From Vulcanimicrobiota bacterium (lineage in GTDB: Bacteria; Vulcanimicrobiota; Xenobia; Xenobiales; JADMJV01): a DNA stretch of 64,000 nucleotides. The position numbers and the translations under genes are program-made. The stretch spans positions 119,513 to 183,512 of the forward strand of contig JBFWNU010000006.1 of the NCBI GenBank assembly GCA_050250895.1. The letters run 5' to 3'. Below are positions 21,330-31,007 of the stretch, piece after piece. The notes below the pieces were generated by a model. That model was not told where the DNA came from, made no database searches, and saw nothing but the letters and a program-made list of their open reading frames with translations. Position 1 is the first letter of the stretch. Every line of letters begins with the position of its first letter.

Positions 21330-22685
21330 CTAAAGGGCGTCGCAGTCCCAAAAGCGGGCCGAGCCTTCGTCGTAGAGGGCCAGTAGCCGATGGCTGGCGG
21401 GTTGGAACTGCAAGCTCTCTACCCCCAACTCGGGTCCCTGAAATCCGCCTCGCCGGGTTGGGCCGGCGGTCTCGTAAACGGTAATGCCGCTGTCCCCGTC
21501 GGCCACCGCCAGCAAAGCACCGTCGCTGGCGAAGGCCAGGGCCGCAATGCCGGCCGGGTGCCGAAACTCGTGACAGGTAGCCGCTGGCAGGCTCCAAAGC
21601 CTGAGCCCCCCGTCTTCGCCGCCGCTGGCCAACAGTTCGCCCGTGGGCGAGAAGGCCAGACTGGTGACCGCATCTGAATGACCCAACAGGCGCCGCTCGC
21701 CCAGGGCGATGCTGCCGTCCAGGCCCCCGGTGGCCAGGGTTCCGTCGGGTGCATAGGCACACACACAGGTCCAGGGACGAGTGGGCAGCAGCACGTGTTG
21801 GCTCAGACCGGTCTTGTCCCAGCTACGCACGCTTCCGTCGGCCCCGGTCGAGACCAGGCCGTGAGGCCCGAAGTCGAGGCCCCAAACACTATCTTCGTGC
21901 CCTTCACAGGTGGCTACACGACTGCTGGTGGCCAACGACCACAGAGCCACCAGATTGTCTTCGCCGCCGCTGGCCAGGCTCTCGCCCGCGGGCGAGAAAC
22001 CGACCACCAGGGCCGGACCCTGGTGGGCCTCGAAGACAGCCAGGGGGTCGAGGCCTCGACCCTCGAAAAGGCAGACGCGTCCGTCGGCGTGGGCGGTCGC
22101 TACCAGGTCGCCGGTGGGGTCAAAGCAAAGATCGTTGACCTCGCCGGTCGCCGCCGAGCCCAGTTCCATTCCGCTCTTTATGTCCCAAACGACGACTCGA
22201 CCATCGACGGCGGTGATGGCCACCCGGCCGTCGGGGCGCACCGCAAACGGCGCGGCCCGGTCGTCGAGTTGGCCCAGCATCTGGCCGTTTGCGTCCCAGA
22301 CGCGGATAGCAAAGTCCTCGCCCGCCGAAAACAGGCGCGAGCCCGCCAAGCGCAGTTGCCGGATGGTCTCGCCGTCATGGCCGGCCAGCACCTGGGGCCG
22401 GTCGGGGTCGGCCGGGTCAAAGATCGTGATCTGCTCTTGAGCCAGCACGATCCGACCGCGGGTCGGGTCGAACGCCACGGCCGTGGCCGGGCACTCGAAT
22501 TCCCACGCCGGCTCGGGCTTGCCCCATTCGAAGCAGGCCGCTCCACCGGTAGCGAGAATCAGACAGTGGCTTGGCGAAACGGCCCGGGCGCTCAAGAGGG
22601 TGCCGCGGCCCACCCGGCCGAGATAGCCTCCCTGGCGTAGTTCGGGTGGTAGAAAGGTACCGCGAAGGTCCACGATGGCTTGCAT
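21330..22685 (-). CDS. WD40 repeat protein
   Basis: Multiple GH...FSP.G..LASGGED....W repeats. Confidence 0.9.
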   Translation of the reverse strand: MQAIVDLRGTFLPPELRQGGYLGRVGRGTLLSARAVSPSHCLILATGGAACFEWGKPEPAWEFECPATAVAFDPTRGRIVLAQEQITIFDPADPDRPQVLAGHDGETIRQLRLAGSRLFSAGEDFAIRVWDANGQMLGQLDDRAAPFAVRPDGRVAITAVDGRVVVWDIKSGMELGSAATGEVNDLCFDPTGDLVATAHADGRVCLFEGRGLDPLAVFEAHQGPALVVGFSPAGESLASGGEDNLVALWSLATSSRVATCEGHEDSVWGLDFGPHGLVSTGADGSVRSWDKTGLSQHVLLPTRPWTCVCAYAPDGTLATGGLDGSIALGERRLLGHSDAVTSLAFSPTGELLASGGEDGGLRLWSLPAATCHEFRHPAGIAALAFASDGALLAVADGDSGITVYETAGPTRRGGFQGPELGVESLQFQPASHRLLALYDEGSARFWDCDAL

Positions 22686-22744
22686 TCCGGCGTTTTCACC
22701 GTCGGCAGAGGGCCTCCTTCGGGTTGATGAGGAAGGACAAAAAG

Positions 22745-22999
22745 ATGGAAAGCATCGGTGAGAGGATTCGCCACAAACGCAACGAGCACGGCTTCGACCT
22801 CTGTCACTACGCGGTGGCGTTGCTGGTGACCCCCGAGACCATTCAGAAGATCGAGAACGACGAGTTTAGCGATCTCCCCCGCCATTGGCTGACCCGTATC
22901 GCGGCCCTCAACGGGCTCGAGACCAAAGAGTTGATCAAAGACACCAACATCCACTTCTATGACCCCTCGCGCCAGGTCTACGTCCTTCGTAAAGACTGA
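22745..22999 (+). CDS. XRE-family helix-turn-helix protein
   Basis: IGERIRHKR...TIQKIEN...LTRIA pattern; GAGGA upstream. Confidence 0.7.
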   Translation: MESIGERIRHKRNEHGFDLCHYAVALLVTPETIQKIENDEFSDLPRHWLTRIAALNGLETKELIKDTNIHFYDPSRQVYVLRKD

Positions 23000-23101
23000 G
23001 GTGGTAGGATCGTCTGGTTGGCTTTAGGAGTTGTGTTACTTCTGGGTCCAGCCAGCAATGGGCTAGAATAGGAGGGTCTTGGGGCAAAAAACAAACAGGA
23101 G

Positions 23102-23686
23102 TTGCCCGCCGTGTTAGCCTTTATTAAGAACCTCTTTAGCCGCCACCCCAAGGTCGAAGTGATTGAATACAGTGACGGCCTGTTGAGCTTCCGCTCCAAG
23201 AACACTCTGCCCATCGCCCCTACCGTGGTCCGGGTCCGCTCCGGCGCAAATGAAGTCGACACCCGCGTCGACATCGAATCGTTCGACGCCAGCTCTTCCA
23301 TCTATCGCGCCCAGCTGCCGAACGCCGACAAGGTTCTCTCCAAACTCAAACTCGACCGCCGCGACGCCGAGCGTTTCACCTGCGTGCTGAGAGTGGTCTC
23401 GCCTTCGTTACCCCTGTTTAGTTGCACCACCGAAGACGTGTCGGTCACGGGGATGCGGATTTCGCTGCGACGGCCTGTCGAGCAGGGCAAAGAATTTCTG
23501 GTGACCCTCGAACTCGACGATTCAGAGAAGACTCCCATCCAGGTCGTGGTCGAGGTGCGCTGGTGCGCTCAACGGGCTGACCGGAGCTTTCACGCCGGGT
23601 TGCGCTTCACCGACCTCGAAGGTCGCCAGAAGCGAATGCTCGAGAAATACCTCAGCGGCCACGGCAAGGGCTTCTCTCGCAACTAG
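23102..23686 (+). CDS. PilZ domain protein (c-di-GMP effector)
   Basis: RRDAERF (RxxxR), DVSVTG (DxSxxG), VRWC...AGLRF. Confidence 0.85.
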   Translation: MPAVLAFIKNLFSRHPKVEVIEYSDGLLSFRSKNTLPIAPTVVRVRSGANEVDTRVDIESFDASSSIYRAQLPNADKVLSKLKLDRRDAERFTCVLRVVSPSLPLFSCTTEDVSVTGMRISLRRPVEQGKEFLVTLELDDSEKTPIQVVVEVRWCAQRADRSFHAGLRFTDLEGRQKRMLEKYLSGHGKGFSRN

Positions 23687-26600
23687 CTACTCGCCGTCGG
23701 CGGACTTTTCGTCTAGCTCGCTGTCGGTCTTTTTCGAACCCGGCTTGGCCTTCTTGTCGATAGGGATGAAGTAGCCGGATTTCTTCGTGGCCGGTGCGCC
23801 GGTGCCGCCGGCGGTCTTGCGGCTGGCTGGTTTCTGCAACGGTAGCAGATTGCGCCAACCGGTCAGCCGTTTGCCTCGGCGGGCCTCTCCGCTCTCTTCA
23901 CCCGAATCCTCGGATTCGTCGTCGGTCTCTTTCTTGGACTTGGATTCTTCGCCCGAGAGCAAGCGGATTTTCTTGATCTTCTTCTCGAGCCGCTCAGCGA
24001 TCGACGAGGCCCGGCTGGGCGGGGCCGAGGGTGCGACCTCGCCCTCTTCGCCAGCCGAGACGCCCCATTCGCGTAGGAGTTCTTCGGCTCGGGCGATGAC
24101 CCGCTGGCGCAATTCTTCGCCGCGACTTTCCTCTTCGGGCGCCTCCCCCGGATCAGGCGGCTCGAGCTCGAGTTCTTCGATCCGATCGAGCACTCTGGCG
24201 ATCGTCTTCTCGGGGTCGAGATAGTAGCCAGAGGCCCGCGCGCGGAGGAACTTCCAACCCAGTCGTTCGAGCACGGCTTCGCGCTCGAGCTCTTGCGAGA
24301 GCCGCTCGGGAGGGTGTTCGTTAGCGCCGTCGCAGGTGATGGCCACGCGTCCGCCCCGGCCCTCGACCACCAGGTCGATGCGATAGTTACCGACGACATG
24401 GTTGGTCTTGACGCGATAGCCGGCTTTCTCGAGAGCCCGGCGCAGGCGAATCTGGTAGCGGTACTCAGGATCGTCGTCGTCGATGGAGCGCTCGACCACG
24501 GTAGCCTCGCTCAAAGCGGCCATGGTCTTCCTGGGATCTTGCATATGCTCGATCAGGTTGCGGCGCAGGTCGCCTTCTTTGAGATCGGTCACCGGATCCA
24601 GGGAATAGACCACCCACATCTGGTCCTTAGCCCGACTGGCGGCCACATTGAAGCGCTTGGTGAAGACATCGGTGGTGCGCAACGGTAGGGGACCGTCGCT
24701 GGCTGTTTCGACCACCGACAGAAAGATCACGTCGCGCTCGTCACCCTGAAACTGGGCCGCGTTCCCGCAGACGATGCGGCGTTCTTGATATTCGGTCAGT
24801 TCGAGATGCTTGGTCAACAGCCGCTCTACGGCCAGGGCCTGCTCTTCGCCCACCAGGCTGATGACGCCCATGGTTGCGCCTTCATATTCGGGTTGTTCGC
24901 AAGCCGCCACCACCAGGGCGGCAATGGTCTGAGCCTCGACCTTGTTGACCTTCTTTTCGTAGTTGGCTTCGGGCACACGGTAAGGCACGGTGGGCGGCTT
25001 GATCAACACCTGGGTGCCCTCGCGCAACGGCTGAATCTCGCCCTGATAGCAGAGGTGGTTGCTAAAGGCGATGATCTCTTCCACGCAGCGAAAGTGCTCG
25101 AGCAGTCGAATGGTACCGCCGAAGGATTGGCGGGCCAGATCGTAGACCGAGGTGCGACCGTCATAAAGTTCGCGATTGGGGATCCCGGCCAGGAATTCGT
25201 CGATCATGGCCTCGATGGCGGCAAAAGACAGACCCACCGCTTCGGGGCTGACCTGCTCATGATCACCGACCACCAGCACTTCCTTGCCCAGGGCAAAGGC
25301 CAGCAGGCCGGTCACGTCACACTGGCTGGCCTCGTCGAGAATCACCACGTCGAACATCGACTCGCCGGGGTGATAGCTCTCGGCCAGGCGCGAGAGCGGC
25401 ATGATCCAGACGGGCACCGCATCCCGACAGTCGGCAAGTTTCTCGCGGGCCATGGCCTTGAGCCGGGGGGCTCGCTTGCCCTTGCCGGAACCGATCTTGC
25501 GCATCAGGTCGAGCCAGCCCACCAGCGCCTGCTGCTGGCGCACGCCGGTCCGACGCAGCTGGTTGGCCCACGTCTTGTTCTCGACATAGTGGGCCGTGGC
25601 CGTGCGCAACTGGGTTTTGAGGCGCAAAATCTCTTGTTGCAGTTCGTCGAAATGAACCTTGTGGCGAACGGCCAGTTGTTGTTTCCACTGGATGTGCTTC
25701 CAGGCTTTGTCGACCTCGCCGGGCGGGTGAGCCTCGTTGTGGGGTTCGCTGTGGGCACGCAGGGCGTCGGCCCACTCCGAGGCCACCGCCTCGACCTGGC
25801 CTAACAACTCGTTGCGGCGCTCGACGGTCTCTTGCAGCGAATAGAGCTGAGACATCCAGTTCCAGGCCCGGGCATACTCCTCGACATCCAGGTTGGCGGT
25901 GGCGGTGCGCAGCTTCTCGAGGATGCTGCCGGCTTCGCCACCAGTGAAGCCCATCAGCTTCTGCTCTTGCTCTCGGATCCTGGTGTCGATGGATTTGAGT
26001 TCGAGGGCTGCCTCGCGGGCTTTGAGGGCCGGCTTGAGTTGCCAGTCGATGGCTTCGCGAATGCGCAAGAAATCGCCGTACAGACTGGGATTGGCGGCCA
26101 CCTTCTCTTCGATCGCCTCCCAGCGCAGGCCGGCCGACTTGAGGGTCTCATGGAACGGGGCCCAGATTTTGCGTTCCCAGTCGAGGGCATCGCGCATGGG
26201 TTGACAATACTGCAGGCACACCTGCTCGGGCTGCTCGCCCATCTGGTCGAATCCGGGCGCCCCCTTGGGCACCATCTGTCGTTCCCAGCGGGTCTTGAGA
26301 GCATCCCGTTCGGCCTTGATCTCGAGATAGCTGACCACCGCCGCGATGTCATCAGGAGTCTTGGGGCTGCTCCCGTTGACGATGGCTGAAGAGAGGAAGG
26401 TCTTCCAGTGGCGACGCTTGACCTCTAGTTCGAGCCAGCCAATGTCTTTCTGAGCCTTGAGATGTTCGAGAATCTCGTTGGCGGTCCGCAAAAGGATGGG
26501 GACCGGCGTATCGGACTTGACCTCGGCCCCGCTCGAGAGCACTTTGGCTTCGTTACTTGAAATCGACTTGGCCGAAGTTTCGATGGCCCGCACCAGGTCT

Positions 26601-28324
26601 TCCCAGGTCTCTTGATGGGTGCCGCCCAGCCGGCCCACGCGCATACACTCCAGGGCCCAGTCGCGGCCCTCTTCGGCCACCGACACGGCCACCCGCTCGG
26701 CGGCTTCGCGCAAAGTCGCGAGCTGCTCGAGGGTCTGGTCGTCTCGCTCCCAATAATCGCGGCCAAAGTCGGGATCGGCGTCTCGCAATTCTTCGCGCTT
26801 GGCCAACAGTTTGCGGAAGTCGCCTTCGGTGAGCAAGTCTTCGAGGGCCGGCAGCGAGGTCTCGAGGTCTTCTTCGAGGGCGGCCGGAACCTCGCGATTG
26901 AGTTGATACAGCTCTTCGAACTCTTCGCTGGTGAGGGGCAGGGGAGCCTCGTTTTCCACCGGACCGGGAATCCAGTCGTGAGTCCCCACACCCTTGGCGA
27001 CCAACTTGGCGGCCCGGGCCGGATGAATGCCGTCGTCTCCGACGATCAACTCGCGGTACTCGTCGTGGCGAGCCTCGAGCAACTCTTTCTGGGCCTCGGC
27101 CAAGCGAGCCTCCAGGGCTTGGCGGCGGTCGTAGTAGGTCTGGGCCAGTTTGTCGAGCTCGTCGATATCGCTGGTGGTGAACCGGGCCACGATGCCTTTG
27201 ACCGCTTGCTCGAGCTGGCGTCGGCTCTCTTGCTCTTGATCCAGCACGCTCACGCACAAGGGTCGCAACTCGGGAATGACCATGTCGCGCACCACGCGCA
27301 GGGCCTTGGAGGCATGGCTGGTGACCAGGATGCTCTTGCCCTGAGCCAGCAGATGGCCAATCAGGTTGGCGATGGTGTGGGTCTTGCCGGTTCCGGGTGG
27401 ACCCTGGACCAGCACGCAAGAACTTTCCTCTAGCCGACGCGCCACCCGCTCTTGCTCGGGGTTGCTCGGCATGGTCATCAGCAGGTCGCTGGTCTCGCTC
27501 TGTTTCTTGGAGGGGGTTTCGATGCCCACCACCCGCAACAAGGAGTGAGGGAACGTCTCGAGCTTGGGAATGGCGTCGAGATAAGCGTCGATAGCCTGCG
27601 AGAACCCCAGCGAGCGCGTGCCCAGGTAGAGGATGGGATCGCGGATAAGTTTCACGGTTTTGGCGGCGCGCTCGTTACCGCTGGGCTCTTCGATGAACTT
27701 GCCATCAGACCAGAGTTTCTCTTGAAGCCGACGCAAGAACTCGGTCGTCTCGGGGCCACCCAGGGGATGGCAGGCGGCCTCTTGCAGCTCGGCCCGGGCC
27801 TCGGAGATGCTGGGTTCGTCGACATCGCACCATCGCATCAAAGGCGAGTAGAGGAACGGCTCGCGGTCGGTCTCGCGGACCGTGAACTCGGGCACGGCCG
27901 GATCGAACTCGAGCGAGAGTGTTTGCAGCAAGACGGGGTGGTCGACGGCGCCTTGCGGGGCGTTCCAGAGGACCTGGCCTTCACCCAGCATGAGTTCGAC
28001 CTTCTCGGACTCACGCTCCATCGTCTGCCACAGTTCGAGAAACTGTTCGAACAACTTGTTGGCCGCCCCGGACTCGTCTTCAGGCTTGCGAACCTTGAGG
28101 ATGTAGTCGTCACCGAGCACCTCGCCGTCTTCGGTGGGCGGCAGGATCTCGCCGCGGGTGACCTCGTTGAGATCGGGCACGTCGGCCAGACGCAACTGCC
28201 AGGAGTAAGCCTTGAGCTGAACCTTGGGAGGAGTCTTCAGTTTCTGGAGCTCGGCTAAATAACGGAAGAGGCTCTGGATCCTGGTTCTCGCAAGGTTCGT
28301 ATCGACTGTAGACGGCATTACCAC
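23687..28324 (-). CDS. Large SF1 (DNA2/NAM7-like) helicase with C-terminal Vsr-like domain
   Basis: VQGPPGTGKTHT, DEASQ, VGDHEQ, EHFR, FQGDERD, FNVAASRA; C-terminal YRIDLVV...CDG...LERLGWKF. Confidence 0.88.
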   Translation of the reverse strand: MVMPSTVDTNLARTRIQSLFRYLAELQKLKTPPKVQLKAYSWQLRLADVPDLNEVTRGEILPPTEDGEVLGDDYILKVRKPEDESGAANKLFEQFLELWQTMERESEKVELMLGEGQVLWNAPQGAVDHPVLLQTLSLEFDPAVPEFTVRETDREPFLYSPLMRWCDVDEPSISEARAELQEAACHPLGGPETTEFLRRLQEKLWSDGKFIEEPSGNERAAKTVKLIRDPILYLGTRSLGFSQAIDAYLDAIPKLETFPHSLLRVVGIETPSKKQSETSDLLMTMPSNPEQERVARRLEESSCVLVQGPPGTGKTHTIANLIGHLLAQGKSILVTSHASKALRVVRDMVIPELRPLCVSVLDQEQESRRQLEQAVKGIVARFTTSDIDELDKLAQTYYDRRQALEARLAEAQKELLEARHDEYRELIVGDDGIHPARAAKLVAKGVGTHDWIPGPVENEAPLPLTSEEFEELYQLNREVPAALEEDLETSLPALEDLLTEGDFRKLLAKREELRDADPDFGRDYWERDDQTLEQLATLREAAERVAVSVAEEGRDWALECMRVGRLGGTHQETWEDLVRAIETSAKSISSNEAKVLSSGAEVKSDTPVPILLRTANEILEHLKAQKDIGWLELEVKRRHWKTFLSSAIVNGSSPKTPDDIAAVVSYLEIKAERDALKTRWERQMVPKGAPGFDQMGEQPEQVCLQYCQPMRDALDWERKIWAPFHETLKSAGLRWEAIEEKVAANPSLYGDFLRIREAIDWQLKPALKAREAALELKSIDTRIREQEQKLMGFTGGEAGSILEKLRTATANLDVEEYARAWNWMSQLYSLQETVERRNELLGQVEAVASEWADALRAHSEPHNEAHPPGEVDKAWKHIQWKQQLAVRHKVHFDELQQEILRLKTQLRTATAHYVENKTWANQLRRTGVRQQQALVGWLDLMRKIGSGKGKRAPRLKAMAREKLADCRDAVPVWIMPLSRLAESYHPGESMFDVVILDEASQCDVTGLLAFALGKEVLVVGDHEQVSPEAVGLSFAAIEAMIDEFLAGIPNRELYDGRTSVYDLARQSFGGTIRLLEHFRCVEEIIAFSNHLCYQGEIQPLREGTQVLIKPPTVPYRVPEANYEKKVNKVEAQTIAALVVAACEQPEYEGATMGVISLVGEEQALAVERLLTKHLELTEYQERRIVCGNAAQFQGDERDVIFLSVVETASDGPLPLRTTDVFTKRFNVAASRAKDQMWVVYSLDPVTDLKEGDLRRNLIEHMQDPRKTMAALSEATVVERSIDDDDPEYRYQIRLRRALEKAGYRVKTNHVVGNYRIDLVVEGRGGRVAITCDGANEHPPERLSQELEREAVLERLGWKFLRARASGYYLDPEKTIARVLDRIEELELEPPDPGEAPEEESRGEELRQRVIARAEELLREWGVSAGEEGEVAPSAPPSRASSIAERLEKKIKKIRLLSGEESKSKKETDDESEDSGEESGEARRGKRLTGWRNLLPLQKPASRKTAGGTGAPATKKSGYFIPIDKKAKPGSKKTDSELDEKSADGE

Positions 28325-28348
28325 GGCGGGTTCTCGTAAGACCTTCGG

Positions 28349-30142
28349 TTACCCTGCAAGGCTTAAAGCGCGCTCGAGGTTGCGCCGGATCAGGTCGCAG
28401 CCGCCCTGCCAGAACGCTTTTTCGGTCACGTCGATGCCGAGATCGCCGAGAATGTCCTGAGGCTTGCGACTGCCCCCCGCGGCTAGCAACTGGAAATACT
28501 TGGGAATGAAGCTTTCGCCCTCTTCTTTATAGCGAGCGTAGAGCGAGAGCACCAGCAACTCGCCGAAAGCGTAGGCGTAGACGTAGAACGACCATTGCAC
28601 GATATGGGGGATGTAGAGCCAGGTCCATTTGTGGTCCTCGCCCAGGGTCAGGGCCTGGCCGAACATTTCCTGCTGACACTCTTGCCAGAGCTGATTGATG
28701 GTCTCGGTCTCGAGTTCGCCCCGGTCACGTCTGGCCCGGTGCAGGCGCTGCTCGAAGCGATACATGGCTACCTGGCGAAAGACGGTAGCGAAGGTGTCCT
28801 CGAGCTTCTCGCAGAGCAGAGCCAATCGCGCTTTGTCGTTGTCGAGGCTCTGGTAGAGCTGCTCGAAGACCAGCATCTCGCCAAAGGTGCTGGCCGTCTC
28901 GGCCAGAGGCAGCACGGGATGGTAGTCTAGAGCGTGATTATCGGCCGCCAGCCGGTCGTGAACGCCGTGACCCAACTCGTGCGCCATCGTCATCACGTCG
29001 CGCGGCTTGTTGGTGTAGTTGAGCAGCACGTAAGGGTGGTGGTCCGGGGTGACCCCGGCGCAAAAGGCTCCTCCGCGCTTGCCCTTGGCGACGGGAGCAT
29101 CGATCCAGTTCTTGGTGAAGAAGGGCTCGGCCAGTTCACGTAGCTTGGGGGAGAATTTTCCGTAAGCGTCGAGCACCATCTGCTGGGCCTGGCTGTAAGC
29201 GATGTGCTGTTTGACCTCTTCCAGGGGAGCGTAGCGGTCATAGTGGGTCAGCTCGTCGAGGCCCAGCAGCCGTGCTTTGAGCTTGTAGTAGCTGGCGATG
29301 ATGTCATAGTTTTCGACGCAGACTTCGACCATGGCGTCGACGGCGTGGCCGGGAAGCTCGTTGTCGAGATGACGCTCTTCTTCTGGGTAGGAGAATTTGC
29401 GTAAGCGATCCATGACCTGCTTTTCGTGGAGCAGGGTGTTCATGATGAAGGTCAGCACGTGGGCCTTATCCTGCAGCTCGACGGCCAGGCTCTGGCTGGC
29501 CTGACGGCGCAGGCTGCGGTCAGGGTCGTAGTTATAGGCCAACAGCTCGCTCTGGGTAAGGGTCTTCTGCTCGCCATCGATGGTCATTTCGAAGCTCATG
29601 CGCGAGGTTACCTCGGTGAACAGGCGGCGAAAAGCACGTCCGCGCGAGTTGGCCGTCTCTTCGAGCACCGTCTCTTCGGCTTCGCTCAGGTGATGCGCGG
29701 CCAACTGACGTTGCAGGTCGAGATAGTGACGATAGCGGCTGAGCGAGGGGTGGTCTTTGATGTGCTCGTAGACCTCGTCGGTGATGCGGCCGATCTCGAG
29801 TCCGAAAAAGATGAGGTGGGTCGAAGCCGTGCTCGATCGTTCGCGTACCTTCTGTTGCAGGGCGCCGCGCTTGGGGTCGGTGGTATCGGTGCTAAACAGC
29901 AACGAGGCGTAAGAGCCGATTTTTCCACCCAGGCGGGCCAGGGCTTCATAGTCGTCGAGGGCCTGAGCCAGCAGAGGGGCCTCCAGGTCGGGCGCGGCGA
30001 TTCGCGATTTGTAGTTCTCTTCGAACTTCTCGGCCAGCCGCTGTTGCTCGGCTAGATGGTCGTCGATTTTGGGGTCGTCGGCCCCCTTGTAAAGATCGCT
30101 CAAATCCCAGCGGGGTAGGTCCAGGGTGGCTTGCTCTGACAC
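28349..30142 (-). CDS. M3 family oligoendopeptidase (PepF-like)
   Basis: PRWDLSDLY, KRGGAFC, AHELGHGVH, AETAS, FYVYAYAFG; start set at GTG 30142. Confidence 0.92.
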   Translation of the reverse strand: MSEQATLDLPRWDLSDLYKGADDPKIDDHLAEQQRLAEKFEENYKSRIAAPDLEAPLLAQALDDYEALARLGGKIGSYASLLFSTDTTDPKRGALQQKVRERSSTASTHLIFFGLEIGRITDEVYEHIKDHPSLSRYRHYLDLQRQLAAHHLSEAEETVLEETANSRGRAFRRLFTEVTSRMSFEMTIDGEQKTLTQSELLAYNYDPDRSLRRQASQSLAVELQDKAHVLTFIMNTLLHEKQVMDRLRKFSYPEEERHLDNELPGHAVDAMVEVCVENYDIIASYYKLKARLLGLDELTHYDRYAPLEEVKQHIAYSQAQQMVLDAYGKFSPKLRELAEPFFTKNWIDAPVAKGKRGGAFCAGVTPDHHPYVLLNYTNKPRDVMTMAHELGHGVHDRLAADNHALDYHPVLPLAETASTFGEMLVFEQLYQSLDNDKARLALLCEKLEDTFATVFRQVAMYRFEQRLHRARRDRGELETETINQLWQECQQEMFGQALTLGEDHKWTWLYIPHIVQWSFYVYAYAFGELLVLSLYARYKEEGESFIPKYFQLLAAGGSRKPQDILGDLGIDVTEKAFWQGGCDLIRRNLERALSLAG

Positions 30143-30248
30143 GCGATGCTCCTCGAAGAAATTGGAGTCGTCACCTTCTTGAAGCGGTGGGCGATTCCTG
30201 GCGGGGTTTTCCACAAGGTAGTGCCGACCGTAGCTGGAAGGAGCGGGA

Positions 30249-31007
30249 GTGAAGATTGCCAGTTGGAACGTCAACGGAGTGAGGGCGGCCTTTCGCAACG
30301 GCCTCGCCCAGTGGCTGGCCGAAGAAGCCCCCGATATCCTCTGTTTGCAAGAGACCAAGGCTGCCCCGACCGAGCTGCCCGAAGAGATTCGTGCTCCCCT
30401 CGAGTATCAGGGTCTATGGCACTCAGGCGAACGCGCCGGATACAGCGGCGTGGCCACTCTCTGGCGGCAGCCTCCCCTGTGGATCCTGGAGGGGATTGGC
30501 CTGCCCGAGATCGACCGCGAGGGACGAGTGCTGACCATCGAACTTGAACAGTTCTTCCTGGTCAACACCTATTTTCCCAACAGCGGGGAGGGGGGCATCC
30601 GTCTGCCTTTCAAGCTCGAGTTCTGCCGGTGGATGCTAAAGTTTCTCAAGAACCTCGAGCGTCGCGGCAAACCGGTCGTCGTTTGCGGCGACTTCAACAT
30701 CGCCCATCGGCCCATCGATGTGCATGACTTCGAGAAGAACGCCAACCATGCTGGGTGTCTTGCCTCCGAGCGGGCCTGGATGGACACCCTGCTCGAGGCC
30801 GGCTTTGTAGATGTTTTTCGGCATCACTGCGAGGAGGGGGGCCATTATACCTGGTGGTCCTATTTCGCTGGCGAGCGCGAGAACAACATGGGGTGGCGCA
30901 TCGACTACTTCGTCTGCAGCCCGGAATTGGTCGACCGGGTCCGATGTTATCACCGCTGCGATATCACCGGGTCGGATCACTGTCCCATCGTGCTCGAGTT
31001 GCTTTAG
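30249..31007 (+). CDS. xth: Exodeoxyribonuclease III
   Basis: SWNVNG, LQETK, GYSGV, GDFNIAH, YTWW, GWRIDY, GSDHCP. Confidence 0.95.
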   Translation: MKIASWNVNGVRAAFRNGLAQWLAEEAPDILCLQETKAAPTELPEEIRAPLEYQGLWHSGERAGYSGVATLWRQPPLWILEGIGLPEIDREGRVLTIELEQFFLVNTYFPNSGEGGIRLPFKLEFCRWMLKFLKNLERRGKPVVVCGDFNIAHRPIDVHDFEKNANHAGCLASERAWMDTLLEAGFVDVFRHHCEEGGHYTWWSYFAGERENNMGWRIDYFVCSPELVDRVRCYHRCDITGSDHCPIVLELL

